Below, piece after piece: positions 61,524 through 64,000 of a stretch of DNA of 64,000 bases. Location of the stretch: NCBI GenBank assembly GCA_035548125.1, contig DASZTV010000025.1, forward strand, positions 52,289 to 116,288. Reading direction: 5' to 3'. Position 1 is the stretch's first letter, and each line of letters starts with the position of its first letter. A program made the position numbers and the translations under genes. The notes beneath the pieces were generated by a model that saw only the letters and a list, made by a program, of their open reading frames with translations, searched no databases and was not told the origin of the DNA. This DNA comes from Mycobacteriales bacterium (lineage in GTDB: Bacteria; Actinomycetota; Actinomycetes; JAFAQI01).

Positions 61524-62458
61524 CCGTGTTCCTCCTCGATCGTCAGCTGCTCCCCCTCAGCGTAAGGCTCTGCCCTCGCCGCCGCTGTCTCGGGGCGCGG
61601 CCACAGCCGATCTATCTCGGCGTTGAGCTCCGCGCCGAGCAGGATCGCCAGTGCCGTCAGATACAGGAACAGCAGTACGGCGACCGGCGCGGACAGCGGA
61701 CCGTAGGTAGCCGTCTTGCGAAAGGCCCAGTCGAGCCACAGCCGCAGCAAGGTCGACCCGATCACCCACACCAGCACTGCCAGCGCCGCGCCGGGAAGGG
61801 CGCGCGACCACGGCGTGCGGATCGGGAGCGCCTGGTGGTACAGCGTCGCCAGCAGGACCAGGGAGAGCACCAGGACGACCGGCCAGTAGCCGAGCTGGAT
61901 CACCTGGTGGACCGCGTCGTGCAGCCGATCCGGGAACGCCTGCTCCAGGTGCGAGGGCCCGAGGACGAGCAGCGGCAGCAGCAGGATGATCGCGACGACG
62001 AAGCTCAGGTAGAGCCGCAGGGCGAGCAGCCGGCTGCGTACCGCGCCCCGCTGATGGCGCAGTCCGTACGCGATCGTGATCGTGTTGACGTAGGTCGCCA
62101 TGGCCGAGGACCCGGTCCACAGCGACACGACGAAGCTGATCGACACGACATCAGCACGCCCGCCGAACAGGATCCGGTGCAACGCCGGCGCGATCGTCGA
62201 GTGCACCGCGCTCGGCACGATCACGTGACTCAAGCCGCGCTCGATCGAGTGCTGCAAGTGGTTGAGGTTGTCGGCTCCGAGCGGACCGTTGAAGAACCCG
62301 ATGACCCCGAGGACGGCAAGGATCAGCGACGGCAGCGACAACAGCTGCCAGAAGCCCGCCTCGGCGGCCAGCCCGAGCACCCGGTCGTGCCAGGCGCGGC
62401 GCAGCGTCGTGCCGACCAGCTCGCGCACGGACGCCACCAGCAAACGGTACGGCGGCAA
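61463..62458 (-). CDS. YihY/BrkB (virulence factor BrkB / formerly RNase BN) family membrane protein
   Basis: GLAAEAGFWQLLSLPSLILAVLG and YGPLSAPVAVLLFLYLTALAILLGAELNAE are typical YihY motifs. Start is uncertain (TTG 62458 or a downstream GTG). Confidence 0.85.
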   Translation of the reverse strand: MPPYRLLVASVRELVGTTLRRAWHDRVLGLAAEAGFWQLLSLPSLILAVLGVIGFFNGPLGADNLNHLQHSIERGLSHVIVPSAVHSTIAPALHRILFGGRADVVSISFVVSLWTGSSAMATYVNTITIAYGLRHQRGAVRSRLLALRLYLSFVVAIILLLPLLVLGPSHLEQAFPDRLHDAVHQVIQLGYWPVVLVLSLVLLATLYHQALPIRTPWSRALPGAALAVLVWVIGSTLLRLWLDWAFRKTATYGPLSAPVAVLLFLYLTALAILLGAELNAEIDRLWPRPETAAARAEPYAEGEQLTIEEEHGWPARPEGTTPQRQSGQPPL

Positions 62459-62488
62459 CCGCCCGATTCAGGTGCTTCACTGGGCGCC

Positions 62489-64000
62489 ATGCCGGCTACG
62501 CACGACGTCACCAACCAGCCGCCCCCGCTCGTCGACTACGACGTGTACGCCGCCGATCAAGCCCTGGTCGAGGGGGTGCAACGGCATCAGGCCTCATGGG
62601 CGACGGAGCAGCTGGCCGATCTGGGCCGACGCGCGGGCAGCGAAGAAGCCCAGCAGTGGGGACGCCTCGCCAACACCAACCCGCCGCGGCTGATCACCCA
62701 CGACCGCTACGGCCATCGCATCGACGAAGTCGAGTTCCACCCCTCCTGGCACCAGCTGATGGACGTCGCGATCAGCGAAGGACTGCACAGCTCGTCGTGG
62801 ACCGACCCGAAGCCGGGTGCTCACGTCGCACGCGCGGCAGCGTTCTACGTGTGGTCGCAGACCGAAGGCGGCCACGGCTGCCCGATCTCGATGACCCACG
62901 CGGCGGTCCCCGCGCTGCGGGTCGACCCGGTGCTCGCCGCCGAGTGGGAGCCGCGGCTGATGTCACGGACCTACGACCCGGGGCTGCGCGTTCCCGCCGA
63001 CAAGGCCGGCTGTCTGGCCGGCATGGGGATGACGGAGAAGCAGGGCGGCTCGGACGTACGTACCAACTCCACCCGCGCCGTACCTGCGCCGGACGGGACC
63101 TACCGGCTGACCGGCCACAAATGGTTCACGTCGGCACCGATGTGCGACGTGTTCCTCGTGCTCGCCCAGGCCCCCGGCGGGCTCACCTGCTTCGTGGTGC
63201 CGCGCATCCTGCCCGACGGCTCCCGCAACACGTTCCGGATCCAGCGGCTCAAGGACAAGCTGGGAAACAAGTCCAACGCCTCGAGCGAACCGGAGTTCGA
63301 AGACACCGTCGGCTGGCGGCTCGGCGACGAGGGCGCCGGAGTCCGGACCATCATCGAGATGGTCACCTCCACCCGCCTCGACTGCGTGATCGGGACCGCG
63401 ACCCTGATGCGCGTCGCGGTCGCGCAGGCGACCCACCACGCGCGGCACCGCCAGGCGTTCGGCCGCTACCTCGCCGACCAGCCGCTGATGCGAATGGTGC
63501 TTGCCGACCTGGCGATCGAGTCCGAGGCCGCGACGACCCTGATGACCCGGCTCGCCGCCGCGGTCGACGACGAAGAGACGGCGTTCAAGCGGGTCGGTCT
63601 CGCGGTCGGCAAGTACTGGGTGTGCAAGCGCGGGCCGAACGTCGCGGCGGAAGCGCTCGAGTGCTTCGGCGGCAACGGCTACGTCGAGGACTTCCCGATG
63701 GCGCAGATCTACCGGGAGGCACCGCTCAACTCGATCTGGGAGGGCTCCGGCAACGTCAACGTGCTCGACGTCCTGCGCGGCCTGGCCCGCACCCCCGAAG
63801 CGTGGGAGGCGTTCCGCAACGAGGTGGCGCTCGCCGCGGGTGCCGACGGCCGGCTCGACCGGGCGATGACGGCGCTGGACGCCGAGCTCAGCGACACCTC
63901 CGACATCGAGGTCCGCGCTCGTCGAGTCGTCGAACGGATGGCGCTGGTGCTGCAGGGGTCGCTGCTCGTCCGCTTCGCACCGCCCTACGTCGCGGATGCC
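62489..64000 (+). CDS. AidB-like acyl-CoA dehydrogenase, partial (C-terminus beyond window end)
   Basis: Absent from the ORF track because it runs off the window. From ATG 62489: MPATHDVTNQPPPLVDYDVY...HPSWHQLM...GMGMTEKQGGSDVRTN...GHKWFTSAPMCDVFLVLAQ...ECFGGNGYVE, which matches the AidB/ACAD10-type pattern. Confidence 0.85.
   Translation, partial: MPATHDVTNQPPPLVDYDVYAADQALVEGVQRHQASWATEQLADLGRRAGSEEAQQWGRLANTNPPRLITHDRYGHRIDEVEFHPSWHQLMDVAISEGLHSSSWTDPKPGAHVARAAAFYVWSQTEGGHGCPISMTHAAVPALRVDPVLAAEWEPRLMSRTYDPGLRVPADKAGCLAGMGMTEKQGGSDVRTNSTRAVPAPDGTYRLTGHKWFTSAPMCDVFLVLAQAPGGLTCFVVPRILPDGSRNTFRIQRLKDKLGNKSNASSEPEFEDTVGWRLGDEGAGVRTIIEMVTSTRLDCVIGTATLMRVAVAQATHHARHRQAFGRYLADQPLMRMVLADLAIESEAATTLMTRLAAAVDDEETAFKRVGLAVGKYWVCKRGPNVAAEALECFGGNGYVEDFPMAQIYREAPLNSIWEGSGNVNVLDVLRGLARTPEAWEAFRNEVALAAGADGRLDRAMTALDAELSDTSDIEVRARRVVERMALVLQGSLLVRFAPPYVADA

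Overview
High-GC (about 70%) actinobacterial chromosomal core region that is almost entirely coding. All family calls rest on motif recognition and conserved actinobacterial gene order (Mycobacterium and Streptomyces maps), because no searches could be run.

Gene content, left to right:
- Partial DHA2-type MFS transporter, a ferritin-like protein and ctaB.
- Pentose-phosphate operon tkt-tal-pgi-zwf-opcA-pgl on the plus strand.
- A long minus-strand block: secG, a 5-gene Opp/Dpp-type peptide ABC importer, tpiA-pgk-gap, aroE-mltG-ruvX-alaS, two small membrane proteins, rarA, aspS, hisS and an MBL hydrolase.
- FKBP and cyclophilin PPIases on the plus strand.
- rel, apt, secF-secD-yajC, and ruvB-ruvA-ruvC preceded by a LexA SOS box.
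- yebC, pdxT-pdxS, a LemA-like gene, the PIM-synthesis genes pimA/acyltransferase/pgsA1, a HIT gene and thrS.
- A DinB-family gene, four tRNAs (Val-CAC; Gly-GCC, Cys-GCA, Val-GAC), an SsgB-like gene and a 3-gene operon containing hutH.
- A minus-strand cluster of secreted and membrane proteins running from a YihY-family gene to a secreted serine protease.
- A partial AidB-like acyl-CoA dehydrogenase.

No rRNA, CRISPR array, transposase or integrase was seen. Many long ORFs in the track are antisense or N-terminally over-extended artefacts of the high GC content. Real starts mostly sit at 4-nt stop/start overlaps (ATGA, GTGA, TTGA).

Most unusual items:
1. A gene with low third-position GC, with AbiEi-like and DUF559 nuclease-fold features, is wedged between yebC and ruvC. 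It is bracketed by copies of a 43-nt palindromic repeat (TTTGTGAAC-N31-GTTCACAAA), and a third copy follows the tRNA cluster.
2. A 32-nt perfect palindrome around the ruvC SOS box also contains the ruvC ribosome-binding site.
3. An uncharacterised envelope gene cluster ends in a SpoIVB-like serine protease.
4. An EF-G2-like gene plus a GlsB-family gene splits the normally contiguous thrS-HIT-pgsA1-pimA cluster.

None of these is proven to be a new system. They are the candidates most worth checking.
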